DNA of 64,000 bases. Origin: Paragordius varius (Eukaryota; Animalia; Nematomorpha). Numbering within the stretch: position 1 is the stretch's first letter; each line of letters starts with the position of its first letter. The translations under genes were made by a program, and so were the position numbers. This document shows, piece after piece, positions 27,101-57,301 of the stretch. The stretch is taken from NCBI GenBank assembly GCA_964247055.1, contig OZ176057.1, forward strand, positions 806,001 to 870,000, in the 5' to 3' direction. A model generated the notes under the pieces. The model was given only the letters and a program-made list of their open reading frames with translations. It was not told the DNA's origin and ran no database searches.

Positions 27101-30100
27101 CATTTCCATGTACCTCATGAATAATGAAAGATTGCAAAAATTAATTACTCTTAATAATGATAACAAAAATCACAATACGCATAATTGCAATTATAATATT
27201 GAAAAATACTCTTCTAATTACAATAAAAATCATGATGTATTATATATGAATGGACATTTAAACCCCATAGAAAATATAGAAAATGTTGAATATAATGAAA
27301 ATAATGATAATATTTTAACCAATGGGATTGACAATGCAAAAATTTACAACAATCAAATTATGTTACCTGAATCCAAAAAAAATTCTCCCCCTTTAGTTTT
27401 TCCAGCATTTTGTTTGTTTGAATACATTTATTTTGCCCGGTCAGATTCAATTTTTGAAGGTAATTAATAAGAATGAATAGGGAACTTGAATTCTGCAGAG
27501 ACTAATCGTAAAAATTACAATTTTATAAAAAATGACAAAAATTTTAGTAATCTTAAAATTTTAAAATCATTAAAGTTTTGAGTTTAGTTTTTGAGATTAT
27601 AAAGAATAAAAATTTTTTTTACATTAAATTATCGATCCGAAGTAATAAGTTTTTTATTTTATAAAATATCAAATATAATTCTAATTATTAAAAAATATCT
27701 TTTAGTTTACGTTTTTTATGTATGATTCGAATGTAGGATTTAAATAATTGAAAATTTTATACAAATATTTTTAAATTTTATTCAATATAATTTTCTTATA
27801 ATGTAATATTTTTTTGTAGGTCAATGTGTATATACCGTACGATACCTTTCCGGGCAAATTTTAGCCCGTGAATCCCCAAATCTATCAGCTGATGTGGTTT
27901 GCACTATTCCAGATTCGGCCACGCCTGCTGCCCTAGGTTTTGCTCGTGAGGTAATTAAAAATTTTAATGTTTAGTAAAAAAAATTTTGAAAAATATTTTT
28001 TCTTAAAAAGTATGAAAAGTTTTTGATTTACTTCTAAAGAAATTTGTTGGAAATATACAATTTACAAAATTTACCCTTAACAATTCAAATTCACCCTTGA
28101 ACAATTAAAATTCATTCTCCAATAAAAAACATGTTTTTTATATTAAAGCTACCTATATTTTAATATATTGTTAAAAAATAAGAATTTGTATTTAATTATA
28201 ATAATACTGAAAAAATAATAAATTATTCCATAATATATGCATATTAATAATGAGTTATATTAGTTCGAAAACACATTAATTTATTTTTGGGTGAATTTGA
28301 ATTGTTCGAGGGTTTTGAACTGTAAATGGTAAATAATTGTATAAATTAATTAAACGTCTAAAATTTTTTTAAAAAGTTTAAATCAAAACAGTCAACGAAA
28401 AAAATAGGATGGTTATATAACTAAGGCTATCTTTTATATTATAAAAAAGTTTTTGTCTTTTAGTTTTTACGTTGTTATGTGATTTTTATCCTTTTTACTG
28501 TATAATTAATTCTTTTTAAAACCTAAATTTTAATCAATAATATTATCAGCATTTTAGTTCCCATCAATATTATTTTTTATCATTACGTTATATTATATCT
28601 CTTTATAATTCAATCAAGACTTATTTCCTTATTTATTCAAACATATTTTTTTTAAATCTTTTTTTTACAAAATAAATGCAATTATATTGAAATTTACGTT
28701 TTATTTTCGCATAATTTTACCTTTTTAATATTTGATTCACGTTTTTATTATTTATAATATTTTATTTAAAAATTTTCTAAACTTTTTGTTTTATTGTTTT
28801 AATAGAGCGGTATTCCATATATGGAAGTTCTTACGAAAAATCCTTACATAGGTCGAACCTTTATTCAACCAAGCCCTAAACAGAGAAAATTAGGCGTTTC
28901 TAAAAAATTTGGAGTTTTAACTGGTAAAATATTTATAAAATTTATTTTTAATTGCTAAAAATTCTTTTTTAATGGAAATTTTTTGAAAAAAGACATAAAA
29001 TTTACAATAGATATAATTGTATTGTGAAATATATAACCAATTTATGAATACACCTCTCAAAAAATTTGGAGCTTTAACTGGTAAAATAAATATATATAAA
29101 ATTTTTTGTCAAGAATATTACTTTTTAATCACCTAAAATAAATTTTTATAAGATTAAAAATTATAAAAAAGGACCTAAAATTTACAATAATATTGATTAA
29201 TATTGTGAAATATATAAATAATTGTTTTATGAATATACATATCTAAATAATACTTTGAAATTATAAAACAACTAAGTATCTATGTATAAAAAAATTGAGT
29301 TTAAAAATGTACAATGGTTTTTTGAAGGAAAAAAAAAAACATTTGACTTTATATATACTATCTACAATTAAAATTCAGTCTTGAACGATTCAAAGTTACT
29401 CTAAAAGCAATTATTTTTTTAAGATTGATTAGAATACTTTTTTTTATATATTTTTAAAAATCAAATTTTTAAAATATAATTATTACTCAAAAAAGAATAA
29501 ACTATGCCTTTTAGATATATTTCATATTAAAGATGAGTTATATTAGCCCGAAAACACATAATTTATTTTAAGGTGAATCTGAATTGTTCGAGGGTAATTT
29601 GAATTGTAAATGGTGAATTTTTATGTTTTTATCCGTATAATTTTAATTTTACTCTATGTGTTTTTTTGGTAGAATTGAAAATATTTTCTATATAAATTTT
29701 TAATATTTAATAATTGTGATTGCTTTAAAAGTAATTTTTGATTAAAATAAACCTTAAAATATATATTTTATATTGATAATTCCTACATTTTTGATATAAA
29801 AGACAACAACTATACATTATAATTTGAAAAGTTAAAAATTCAATTTTAATAGCGAAAAATTATATTTTTCATAATAAAATTTCAAATATTCATTTTTTTT
29901 ATATAATGGGGTATGTATATATATATATATATATATTAATGTTATATAAAAATGATAAAAAAAATTTTATGATTTATTTTTATACCAAAAATATGAATAC
30001 TACATAGAGTGTGTATTCTAAAAAAATTTAACTTTATGTGGCGTTTTCACATTTTGTCGATAAATAATTTGAATTATCATTATTATTATTAATTTATTTT

Positions 30101-33100
30101 TTTAATGGATTAGGTTTGGTTTTAATCTTTTTATATAACACACCCGCCCTTTGAATTATTTTAAGGCCTTCGATTTTAATTAAAAATAAGAAAAAATTAT
30201 TTTCTCTGATGTATTCTCGAATTTTGTCAAATTAAAGTAAAAAAAATGTTAAAATAAATAATTGTAACAGTGTTAAGCCTAAAATTTAATAAAAATGCAC
30301 CCTTGAACAATTCAAATTCACCCTAAAAATAAATTATGTGTTTTTTAGCCAATATAACTTATTATTAATATAAAATATATCTTTATGTCATAGTTTATTA
30401 TTTTTTCAGTATTATTTTAATTTAAAACAAAATTTTACTATTTAAAAAAACATCTAAAAAAATATAAATAATTTTTCTTAAAAAACATATATTTGTTTGA
30501 GGGTAAATTTGGTTCAAAGGCGAATTTAAATTGTTAAAGGGTGAATTTATATTGTTTAAGGGTGAATTTAAACTGAATTGTTTAAGGGTAAATTTGAATA
30601 CTTTAAGGGTAATTTTGAATTGTTCGAAGGCGAATTTGAATTGTTTAAGGGTAAATTTGATTTGTTAATGGTATATATTGTTAATGCCCATATAGTTTCT
30701 AAATACGACCCTGGGCGAAAGCTTTTGTGTTGATATTAAATAAAAAAATAGGTTTTTTCAAAATATTTTTAATTTAATTTTATTAATCTTTCCTTTTTAA
30801 TATTATATTTTATATTCTATATTAATGCATTTTATTTTTTTTCACATTGTAAGATAATGTTAAAGACAAACGTATAGTTTTAATCGATGACTCAATTGTA
30901 CGTGGGACAACTATGAAACCAATCATTAAATTACTCAAAGATAATGGAGCTCTTGAAGTAAATAGATGGCTTATTTTTAAACATTTAATGTAAAATTATA
31001 GATATTTTTGAACTAAAACTAAAAAAAAAATCATTATTTTTAAAGTAAAAAAAGTATTAAGAGATTTTTTCTTTGTTTAATGCATAATAATTTTGATAGT
31101 AAATTTTTTTATGATGAATTCATGAACGTATTATCTTTACCTCGATTTTATTTACAGTAAAAATTGAAATTATACTATGGACAAAATGTAAAAATATAAA
31201 GACAATTTTTTTTACAAAAGACAACCATATACTTTTTTTAAATTTTAATTTATCATAAATTAGCTATTTAAATAAATGTAAAATATATAATTGATTGTGT
31301 TACCAATTTACATTTCCATATTATACTTTTTAGTTTAAAACAAGGAATTATATTTAAAAAAATCAAGATTAAAAAGTATGGTTGTTTTTAAAAAAAATAT
31401 TTGTCTTTATATTTTCACGTTTTATCCGAATAATTTTAATATTTACTGTATATATTTTTAACTTTAATTTCTTTATTAATATATTTTTTTTTAAAAAATT
31501 TTTATAGGTATAAATATTCTTTTTTAAAAAAATTTTCTAATAGGTACAAATACCTATACTTTAACTATTGTATAATATTTTTTAAAAAAAAAATAAATAA
31601 ATTTTGGAAAAACCAATGAAAAAAATTATAAAATTTTAAAAAATGATGTTTTTTATAAATAAATTATAATAATATTTATTAAATGCTTAAAATAAAAATT
31701 TTTTTACTAAAAATTAATTTTTTATAAATGATTTTTTGATAAAAATTTTTTATTCAATCCATGTACGTATATCCTCCTTTCCTCTAAAACATCCCTGTAT
31801 GGGTATAAATCAATCTTTAAACGAAAAAAAGCGTTAGAAAAACAATAAAATTATATAAAAAACATCATTTTTTATTAAAAAATTAATTATTTTTTATTAT
31901 TGACTGCTTTAAAAAAGATATTTTTTTACTAAAAAATCATTTTTTATTAGTGATTTTTAATTTAGAAAATCAATATTTATGTGATATGATAGATGTACGT
32001 ATATCCTCACCACCTGTAAAATATCCATGTTTTAAAAAAACAATTTTTTAGAAAAACCATAAAATTTTTTGAAAAACGATATTTTATTAAAAGCTAATCT
32101 AAATGAATGATTTTTTATAATTTTAATCCACGGTTTTTTATATTAGTTATTTTTGATTAGAAAATCATTTTTATGTGATATAATAGGTTCATGTACGTAT
32201 ATCATCACCTCCTGTCAAACACCCCTGTTTTTAACGAGCAATTTTTGAAATAAAAGCTTTAAAAAAAACCAAATTCTATGAAAAAAATGATATTTTTTAT
32301 CAAACAATTAATTATATTTTATTATTGAATGCTTTAAAAAAAGATATTTTTTTACTAAAAAATCATTTTTTATTAGTGATTTTTGATTAGAAAATCATTT
32401 TTATGTTAATATGATAGGTCCATGTACGTATATCCTCACCTCCTGTAAAACTTTCCTGTTTTAAAAAGCAATTTTTGGAAATAAAAGCTAAAAAAAACAA
32501 AAAATTCTATGAAAAAAACATATTTTTTATTGAAAAAAATTATTATTTATTGAATGCTTAATGCTTTAAAAAATGATATTTTTACTAAAAAATCATTTTT
32601 TTTAGTGATTTTTGATTAGAAAATCATTTTTTATGTGATAGGCCCATGTACGTATATCCTCACCTCCTGTAAAACATCCCTGTTTTAAAAAAGCAATTTT
32701 TGAATTAAAACCATTAAGAAATCCATAAAATTCTATGAAAAATGATATTTTTTATTAAAAGCTAATCTAAAGGAATGATTTTTGATAATTTTAATCAACG
32801 GTTTTTATATTAGTTATTTTTGATTAGAAAATCATTTTTTATGTGATATGATAGGTCCATCGTATATCCTCACCTCATTAAAAAAGCAATTTTTGAAATA
32901 TAATCTTTAAAAAAACCATAAAATTCTATAAAAAAAACCATATTTCTTATTTAAAGCTAATCTAAATGAGTAATATTAATAATTTTTAATCAACTGTAGT
33001 TATTTTGTTAGAAATCATTTTTTATGTGATAGGATTGGTTCATGTACGTATATATTCACTCCTGTAAAACATCCCTGTTTTAAAAAGCAATTTTTGAAGT

Positions 33101-34130
33101 AAAAGTTAAAAAAAATCATATTCTTTGAAAAACATCATTTTTTATTAAAAAAATTAATTATTGTATATTATTGAAAGCTAATGAGTGATTTTTGATTAGA
33201 AAATCATTTTTTATGTAATATTATAGGTTCATGTACGTATATCCTCACCTCCTGTAAAACATCCGTGTTTTATGGGTATAAATATACCCACCGAACGTGA
33301 ATTAATTGCAAATCAAATCCCAGAAATCGAAAAATTAGCCCTATATTTTGGGGCGAATTCCATAGCCTACTTAAGTCTAGAGGGTTTAATTAACGCAGTA
33401 AGATTTTTACATTTATATATATATATATATATATATATACCCTTGAACAATTCAAATTCACCCTTAAATATTTTCAAATTAACCCTTGAACAATTCAAAT
33501 TCACCCTTAAACAATTCAAATTTACCCTTGAACAAAATTCAAATTCACCCTAAACATAAATTATGTGTTTTCGGGCTAATATAACTCATCATTAATAAAA
33601 TATATAGTCTTATGGCATAGTTTATTATTTTTTCAGTATTCTATCAATTTTAAAAGACTTTTTATATCTAAAACTATAGGTATATTTATTCTTAAAAAAC
33701 ACATAATTTATTATAGGGTTAAATTTGAATTGTTAAAGGATTTAAACTGTAAATGGTATAGTTAAATTTACTTTTTTACGGGATTTTTTTAAAAAATTCT
33801 TTTTTTAACCAGTAGCCTATTGTTTTGCTTTGTGAAGCATTAGATCATTGAAATTATTTAAAATCTTATTTTTAATCTTTGATTTAATTTACTATAATTT
33901 GTCATTTTGGGTTGCAAAAGGAGCAATAGAGATATAAAATTAATATATAAAGTTAATTTTGTGATTTATAGGGTAATTTATTTATTGGCAATTAAGAGAT
34001 TAATAATTTTTTAAATACATATAATCATTTCGGTTCTGAAATTTGGAGGATTTTTAAAAAAATTTGACACCATATATAAATCTTACTAAACATATATATA
34101 ACATCTATTGTTTTGAGTTGCGAAATAAAG

Positions 34131-34166
<36 letters not shown>

Positions 34167-35581
34167 ATTGGCTTAAACATACTTAATGATATATTTTTGC
34201 AATTGTTATCATGGGGCTTTATAGAAAAGTCATATAAATATATATATATATATATATATTATTTATATAGTTTTTTTGAAATATTAATTTAGTAATTACC
34301 TTTAATTTATATTACAGTAAAAATTGAAATTATACGGACAAAACGTAAAAATTTAAAGTCAAATATTTTTATTTAAAGACAATCATACTTTCAAAACCCT
34401 TCTAATTTGTATCATTTAAGCTATTTAGTTGAAATTGGAAAATATAGATTGATTGTGTTATAAATATATATCTTTATTTCACACTTTAGTATTGAAATCA
34501 ATCAAAATTTAAAAAGTATGATTATCTTTTAGCAAAAAATATTTTTCTTTATATTTTTACTTTTTGTCTACAGTTTTTACTGTATCTAAATTTTATTTTT
34601 TTAGTAATAATGTATAATCTAACTTTTTTATTTCTTTTTCAGAGGACAACCATACCTTTTAATCTATTAATTTTCCTATTTAAATTATTTAATTACAATT
34701 AAAAAATAAATATTATATTACACCAATTTATATATCTTTGTTTTACAATTTGCAATTTAAAACATAAGTTATATGAAAATTATCAAGATTTAAAAATGAA
34801 TGCTTGTCTTCTAATAAAATTATTTTTTTCAACTAATCATGCTTTTTAAAACGGTAATTTCCCTACAGAAATTAATTATATAATACATACAGTAAAAATT
34901 GAAATTATACGGACAAAAGGTGAAATTATAAAGACAAATATTTTTATCTAGAAGACAACCATACTTTTGAAATTATATATGTTTCCCATATAAGCTACTT
35001 AGTTACTATTGTATAAAATTGATTGCGTTAGTATTATATATCACTATTTCACACTTTGCCATTTAAAACAGTGAGCTATATTGAAATGAATCAGAAATTA
35101 AAAATGATTATCTTTTAGATTAAATATTTGTCTCTTTACTTGTACGTTTTGTCCGTATAATTTCAGTTTTGACTGTAATTGATTTATCAATATACATCTC
35201 AATTTCATAATCTAATGTTTGAAACAATGAGTTATATTTATAAAAATCAATTTTTTTATAAAAAACAGCGGTCTTTTAAAAAATGTTTTTATTTTTTGCC
35301 ATTTATGTATTAATAATTAATTTATAATTTTTAATTTTGTTTTATAGATTAAACAAAATCGAAAATTATCCCGATCAACGCTAAATTCCCACCCTTTCGC
35401 CTCAGAAAAAGATAAATTACAAAATATTAATCTTGACAAAAGTAATGTTGAAAATTGCGATAATATCGATTTAATTTCAAATTCAAATAATTTAAGTCTC
35501 GATACCAAATATGGTATAACTTATTCTGGGTATTGTACAGCATGTTTTACTGGTCAATATCCATTATCACTAGATTGGTAA
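16047..35581 (+). CDS. PPAT: Amidophosphoribosyltransferase (glutamine PRPP amidotransferase), 12 coding exons, ~640 aa
   Basis: Exons 16047-16159, 16416-16577, 21202-21346, 23995-24148, 25369-25491, 25981-26029, 27041-27459, 27820-27950, 28806-28923, 30854-30957, 33227-33397, 35348-35581 (1923 nt, phases consistent). Motifs: propeptide MDALKHY then catalytic [63 protein letters not shown] loop [24 protein letters not shown] (Fe-S ligands), C-terminal LDW*. Confidence 0.97.
17755..18879. mobile_element. Non-autonomous CACTA (CMC/EnSpm) element in PPAT intron 2
   Basis: 18-bp TIR CACTAGACAACAAATTTT / AAAATTTGTTGTCTAGTG with 3-bp TSD TAA (17752-17754, 18880-18882). Confidence 0.8.
19825..20154. 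mobile_element. MITE family A (TATACCATTTACAGTT TIR, subterminal 21-bp repeats)
   Basis: TIR TATACCATTTACAGTTTAAATTCACCC / GGGTGAATTTGAATTGTAAATAGTATA; unit TTGAACAATTCAAATTCACCC. Confidence 0.8.
20160..21110. repeat. (TA)n microsatellite-rich, extremely AT-rich tract
   Basis: Several (TA)n runs plus an internal duplication (20228-20330 vs 20548-20650). Confidence 0.85.
21347..23410 (+). repeat. Tandem array of PPAT exon 3 3' end + donor site (~9 copies)
   Basis: Recurrent gaacttatgaatgctgctaagcttagaaataaagttt at ~21545, 21710, 21890, 22412, 22578, 22810, 22988, 23197, 23364. Confidence 0.92.
22010..22339. mobile_element. MITE family A copy inserted into the exon 3 donor array
   Basis: Complete TATACCATTTACAGTTCAAATTCACCC ... 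GGGTGAATTTGAACTGTAAATGGTATA. Confidence 0.85.
24835..25343. mobile_element. MITE family A copy with expanded right-arm 21-bp repeat (~12 units)
   Basis: GGGTGAATTTGAATTGTTC(A/G)A repeated across 25068-25330; source of the spurious FELFKGE ORFs. Confidence 0.85.
26060..26590. repeat. ~36-bp minisatellite just after the PPAT exon 6 donor
   Basis: Unit aaaacgaaaataatttaggaattttttactttttat, about 12-14 degenerate copies. Confidence 0.88.
31153..31450. mobile_element. MITE family B (TACAGTAAAAATTGAAATTATACGGACAAAACG TIR; Tc1/mariner-like)
   Basis: ~80-bp imperfect TIRs ending in TA. Other copies at ~19430-19730, 24330-24557, 34313-34584, 36830-37113, 39900-40170, 48239-48535, 51670-51950, 52050-52300. 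Confidence 0.75.
31690..33226 (+). repeat. Tandem array of PPAT exon 11 acceptor + exon start (7 copies)
   Basis: atag|g(t/c)(t/c)catgtacgtatatcctcacctcctgtaaaacatccctgtttt-like copies at ~31758, 31991, 32187, 32418, 32642, 32851, 33029; period ~200-230 bp. Confidence 0.93.
34888..35177. mobile_element. MITE family B copy
   Basis: TACAGTAAAAATTGAAATTATACGGACAAAAGG ... CGTTTTGTCCGTATAATTTCAGTTTTGACTGTA. Confidence 0.8.
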
Positions 35582-37739
35582 AATATATGCAATCAAAAAC
35601 ATCAATCAACAGGAAAGAAAAAAACTTAAAAACCAAAGACAATAGTTTATATGGATATTATACTTTTTTTATACAGTAACGAGATCTATTTTTGACTATT
35701 ACGGAATTATAATTGGCTAAAATGGGAATTTTTATTTACGTGTTTTTTGCCACATGGTTGAAATTTTTTGTTTTTACTTTTTTAAATTTTGGAAAAATTC
35801 TGAAGATAAAAATAGTGAGTTAAATTTAAAAAGGAACTCTTAAAATAAAAAATCTTATCATATATGGCAACAGATAGGTAAAATTTATTCACAAACCCTT
35901 TTTTTCGTTTATATTTTTTTAAATTTTTAAAAATCCTGAAAGATTAGTGCGTTATTAAATTAAAGTAACTATTAGAATGAAAAATCTGGTCATATATGGC
36001 AACATATATGTAAATTTAATTTACGAACCCTTTTAAACCGATTAAAATTCCAAATGGCTAATAATAGATCTTATTAATCAACTGCATTGTAAATATCTGA
36101 AAAAATTTGCCTAAAATATTTCAATGATATAAAAGTTGAGTTATCAATAAAAAGCGGCATAATATAACATTTTGATTTTAAAGAATAAAGGAGTATAAAC
36201 TTATTCTCTATAAACCAAATCCCATTGAACAATATTTAAGTCTTATATTTTTTCAAAGTCTACACTGTAATACTCACTTCTAAAGATGCTGTGCTTTAAT
36301 CAAAACCAGACTTTTTTGATATAAAACCATTGTAAAAAACAACAATTAATCACATTTTTGTTCAAATCAAATGAATATAAATTAAAATATTTATGCTTTT
36401 TTTCAACATTAAAATATATTTTTTAATTAATGCGCTCAAAAAACAAATTTTTGAAATTTGCTCACAAATCGATAAATACCTGGTTAATATATATATATAT
36501 ATATTTATATTTGAATGATATGCATATGTTATATAATTTGTAAATATAATCCAATCAATAAATTTTAGATAGTATTAATATAACGATATTTTGCATTTTT
36601 TTATTTATATCCTGTGAGAACTTTTATTATTAAACGCTTTCGCTTAAGTCTGCAGTTCCTTCTAATTTTCCAATATTACACTATCAAAATTTCAAGTTAA
36701 TAGAAATTATACGGAAAAAACTTTAAAACTAAAAGACAAATATATAATTTTTCCCAAAAGGCAACCATAACCCAACTTCAATGATAAATCGCAAAGTATG
36801 AAGTAGTGATGTTATAATTACCATAATTATTCAGTAAAAATTTAATTATACGGACAAAATGTAAAAATATAAAGAAAAATTTTCCAAAGGGAACTATATT
36901 TTTATAATCTTTAATTTATCCTATAAAAAACATCTAATTACAATCGAAAATACATGATTGATTGTGTTTCTAATTTACATTTCCATATTATAATTTTTAG
37001 TTTAAAACAATAAATTATATAAAATTCAGATTTAAAAAGAATGGTTGTCTTTTTGATAAAATATATGTCTTTATATTTTCACGTTTTTCCGTATAATTTC
37101 AATTTTTACTGTATGAATTCAATTTTATAGTAAGCTTACATGGGAAATATTATGGTCAATATAAATATGGTTATCTTTGATAAAGTTTTTACATTTGTCC
37201 CGTATAAATTCAATTTTTTTAATATATATGAGGAGTAATTAGGAAAAGTTTGGTTAAACTTAGAAAATACTAATTTTTAAAATTAAACAGAATTTTATTT
37301 GAAAGAATATCAATATTTGAATTTATAGGCCATCATGCTTTTATATGAGATATTTAGTAACGTAGTCTAATTATCATTTTCTCACAATGTTTTTATCACT
37401 TCACATCAAGATTAAAATTATACATATTTGTGGGTCGCAAACACAATTATGTCAATTATTTTGCGTTTTCCTTTAAAAAAATGATACTTGAATTTTTTAC
37501 AATATATTAAAATTATTCAAATTCCTTAAAAAATAAGATTAATCAATAATTTATTTTTTTAGGTACCAAAATAACAGTAATTAAATTCAAATTTTGATTC
37601 ATGGTAATATATTATTCAATGGATTAATTAAAAACAAAAGAAAATAATAAGTAAGATATAATTAAAACAATTGAAAAAATATATTTATTAATTATAATAT
37701 TCTTTCTCGTTGTGACATTATTAACAATAATAAAAGTAA

Positions 37740-54204
<16,465 letters not shown>

Positions 54205-54572
54205 AAATTATATTTTTTTGTACACACGATATTTTTATAAAAAAAATTTTTTTTAATATTTTTTTGAGAGTATTAAATGGCAAATACAAAGCTTTATATA
54301 TAATTACGATTTTACTACTGTCATTTTTTGTTTAACATTTTGGAATTTGGTTTTTTGTCAAAAAAATATAATAAAATAATTTTAATGTAAAATATCAAAC
54401 AAGAAAAAAAATTTTTTCATAACTAAGTTAGAGAGCCGGATTTAAAAGATATTCTTAAACGAGCATGTTTTATTTGCAATCAGAGATATAAAAATGTCAT
54501 TCATTTCATTGCAAAAGGGTTAAATCTGTTATTACCCATAATCATTATATAAAAATATTTTAAATTAGTTAA

Positions 54573-55135
54573 CATTTGGATACAACACATTCATTTTAGT
54601 CCTTCGATTCAAATTGGGGTAGTTAAATACCCCAGGCCTGTTTAAAATCAAATTCTCTAAAAATATGGAAGGAATCGAAACCATGGCAAAATTTTGCACT
54701 TATATAACATCAATAAACCGAAATATATAAAAAATTTTATTCAAAAATATTTGATATTACTTATTTTAAGCTAAAATCGAAAGGTAAATAATTAGTCTAC
54801 GTCACATGTGCGCAATGGTAAAATTGAAAAATAATGCAAAATAAACCGCTTTTATTATTTCTATCAAATAAAGAATTAGCTATAATTTAACCCTTAAAAT
54901 TAAATGAAGACGATATTTTGCAAAAATTTTGTAAAATAAAAATGGCGTCGAAGTAGTTTGACATGGAACTTTTTTTCAAAACAAAATTTTATTTATATAT
55001 TTTGGCATATTTATATAATTTTTATTAGGATAGAAGCATAAATTTAAAATGGGACCGTTTCCTTCAGTAGTTTTTTAAAAATCCTAACTCAAACTTAGTC
55101 TGGGGTATTTAGATACCCCAATTTGAATCGAAGTG
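54573..55135 (+). mobile_element. TTAA-flanked piggyBac-like MITE (563 bp)
   Basis: TTAA|CATTTGGATACAAC ... GAATCGAAGTG|TTAA; subterminal inverted repeat CTTCGATTCAAATTGGGGTA / TACCCCAATTTGAATCGAAG. Confidence 0.8.
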
Positions 55136-56531
55136 TTAATTAATTAAAATTTATCAGTTTGCGGCGAGGATTGCTTGGTATATAAATTGGCAATATCAAT
55201 TTTGAGACTTTAAACTTATATTTAGAGGGTAATTGTAACTAATGTGAGAAATATCGAACCACCACTTATAGCGCCATTTTTAAAAGTCAATGAGTCTAAT
55301 GATAATGCTTTTTTCTAGTTATTCGAATCATAGAATATGACTGAGATAATATTATCAGATTTTATTAAGAATTTTTCGACTAAATATAAAATTTTATTAT
55401 TAGAGATGTTGGTTGATTTTTCGAAACAAATTAATATGGGTTGATGCAGGCTTTGGTGAATTTTTGTTTCCATAATTTAGACCTCGATATAGCACAGGGA
55501 AAAACCATTGCCTTGAATTGCTATGGTCGCAATTCGCTTGACCCAAATAAATTCTAAACAGTTTGCCCATGTTAGCACCCCCTAAAGCAGCCGCTTTTCA
55601 GATATCGTGGTTTAAATTACCGTCATATAATAAGACAACCCAAATATATGCAATGGTTGATTAGAATGGAGGAAACTTTGATAATGGTAATTGAGAGGCA
55701 CTGAGAATTATTAATTATTTGATTGGAGATTTGATTGGCAAGTCAAAATAATGGTTATAGTTTGTTTGTTACAATCTAAACACCGATTATGATATAAAAC
55801 ATAATATAAATATAATACCGGAATCATATATGAAGCTTTTGCTATTATTTTACCTAATTTAAAAACTTTAAAACCATCCAATATTTTTTAAATACTCATT
55901 TTTACACAAACGGGGAAAATTTTGATTTTTTTATTCTTTCCAACCCACTTTTAAAACAATTAAATGGATAAGTTACTGTATATTCTTCAAAAAATATCTT
56001 AAAAACCAATATCGAAAAAACCTATTTTTGAACAATGGTACAGTATGTAGGGCGCCGAATTTTCCATGGTTAGAGTTTAATAATTACTACGTACACATAA
56101 TTTATGTTAATCCTTAGCAGGTTAGTGTTAAATTTATAAGTAATGAAATAAAAAAGTACTAATTTTCTAAATTTCGAAGACTTTGGTATAAAATCAAGCA
56201 TTGATAGAACGATCATAAAGTTTTTGAAATAAACATTTCTGAAAATAGTGTATATACTTAATTGTTAATTATTTATTTTAATATGTTATTTCTCAGTTTA
56301 CACAACTTGTGGTTATTATTTAGATTTTTAAATTATTTTTTATATTAATACGCCAGAAAAAAATATAATTAGCATGTTCGCTCTTGCAAAGTCATTTTAC
56401 ATTATTGAATAAATAATTAAAATATATGCAAGATAATGTTAAAATCATCGTCAAATAGAATAAAAGTTAGTAATAAGGCTACTTCAATAAATCTTGTTCT
56501 TTACAATATGTGAGGAAATTGTAATGATTAA

Positions 56532-57089
56532 CACTTCGATTCAATTTGGGGTATCTAAATACCCCAGACTAAAATTGAATTAGGATTTTTTAAAAACTAC
56601 CAGAGGAAACGGTGCCATTTAAATTTATGCTTCAATCCTAATAAAAATTATATAAATATGCCAAAATATCCAAATAAAATTTTGTTTTGAAAAAAAAAGT
56701 TCAATGTCAAACTACTTGGACGCCATTTTTATTTTACAAAATTTTTGCAAAATATCGTCTTCATTTAAATTGAAGGGTAAAATTAAAGCTAATTTATTTA
56801 AATTACATCTAACATTGATGGAAATAGAAAAAGCGGGTTACTTTGTATTATTTCCATTGCACACATGTTGAGTCGACTAAGTTTTTACCTTTCGATATTA
56901 ACATAAAAGTAATATCAAGTATTTTTGAATAAATTTTTTTATATATTTCGGTTTATTAATGTTATATAAGTGCAAAATTTTGCCGTGGTTTTGATTCCTT
57001 CCATATTTTTTAAAAAATTTAATTTTAAACACGCCTGGGCTATTTAACTACCAATTTGAATCGAAGTATGAATAGGTTGTATCCAAGTG
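56532..57089 (-). mobile_element. Inverted copy of the 54573-55135 TTAA MITE
   Basis: TTAA|CACTTCGATTC ... GTTGTATCCAAGTG|TTAA; reverse complement of 54573-55135 along its length. Confidence 0.85.
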
Positions 57090-57301
57090 TTAAATATAAT
57101 ACGGATTAACAGCTTTTTAAAATAATTATTAAAAGGCTTTCTAAAAGTGATGATCACAATATAAGTATAAACTTATTTCCGAAAGCTGTGGTGTTAAACC
57201 AAGGTTTAAAATCCTTTACAAATATATGAATAAAATAGCTATATTTACATATTTACTATTAGTTTTTCAAAAGTGTCCATAAACACCTTAAGTTCATTTA
57301 A

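Noticed and set aside
55400-55620. GC-richer island with a 57-codon - strand ORF (MGKLFRIYLGQ...)
   Set aside because: Short, no recognisable motif, and no convincing phase-compatible partner exons.
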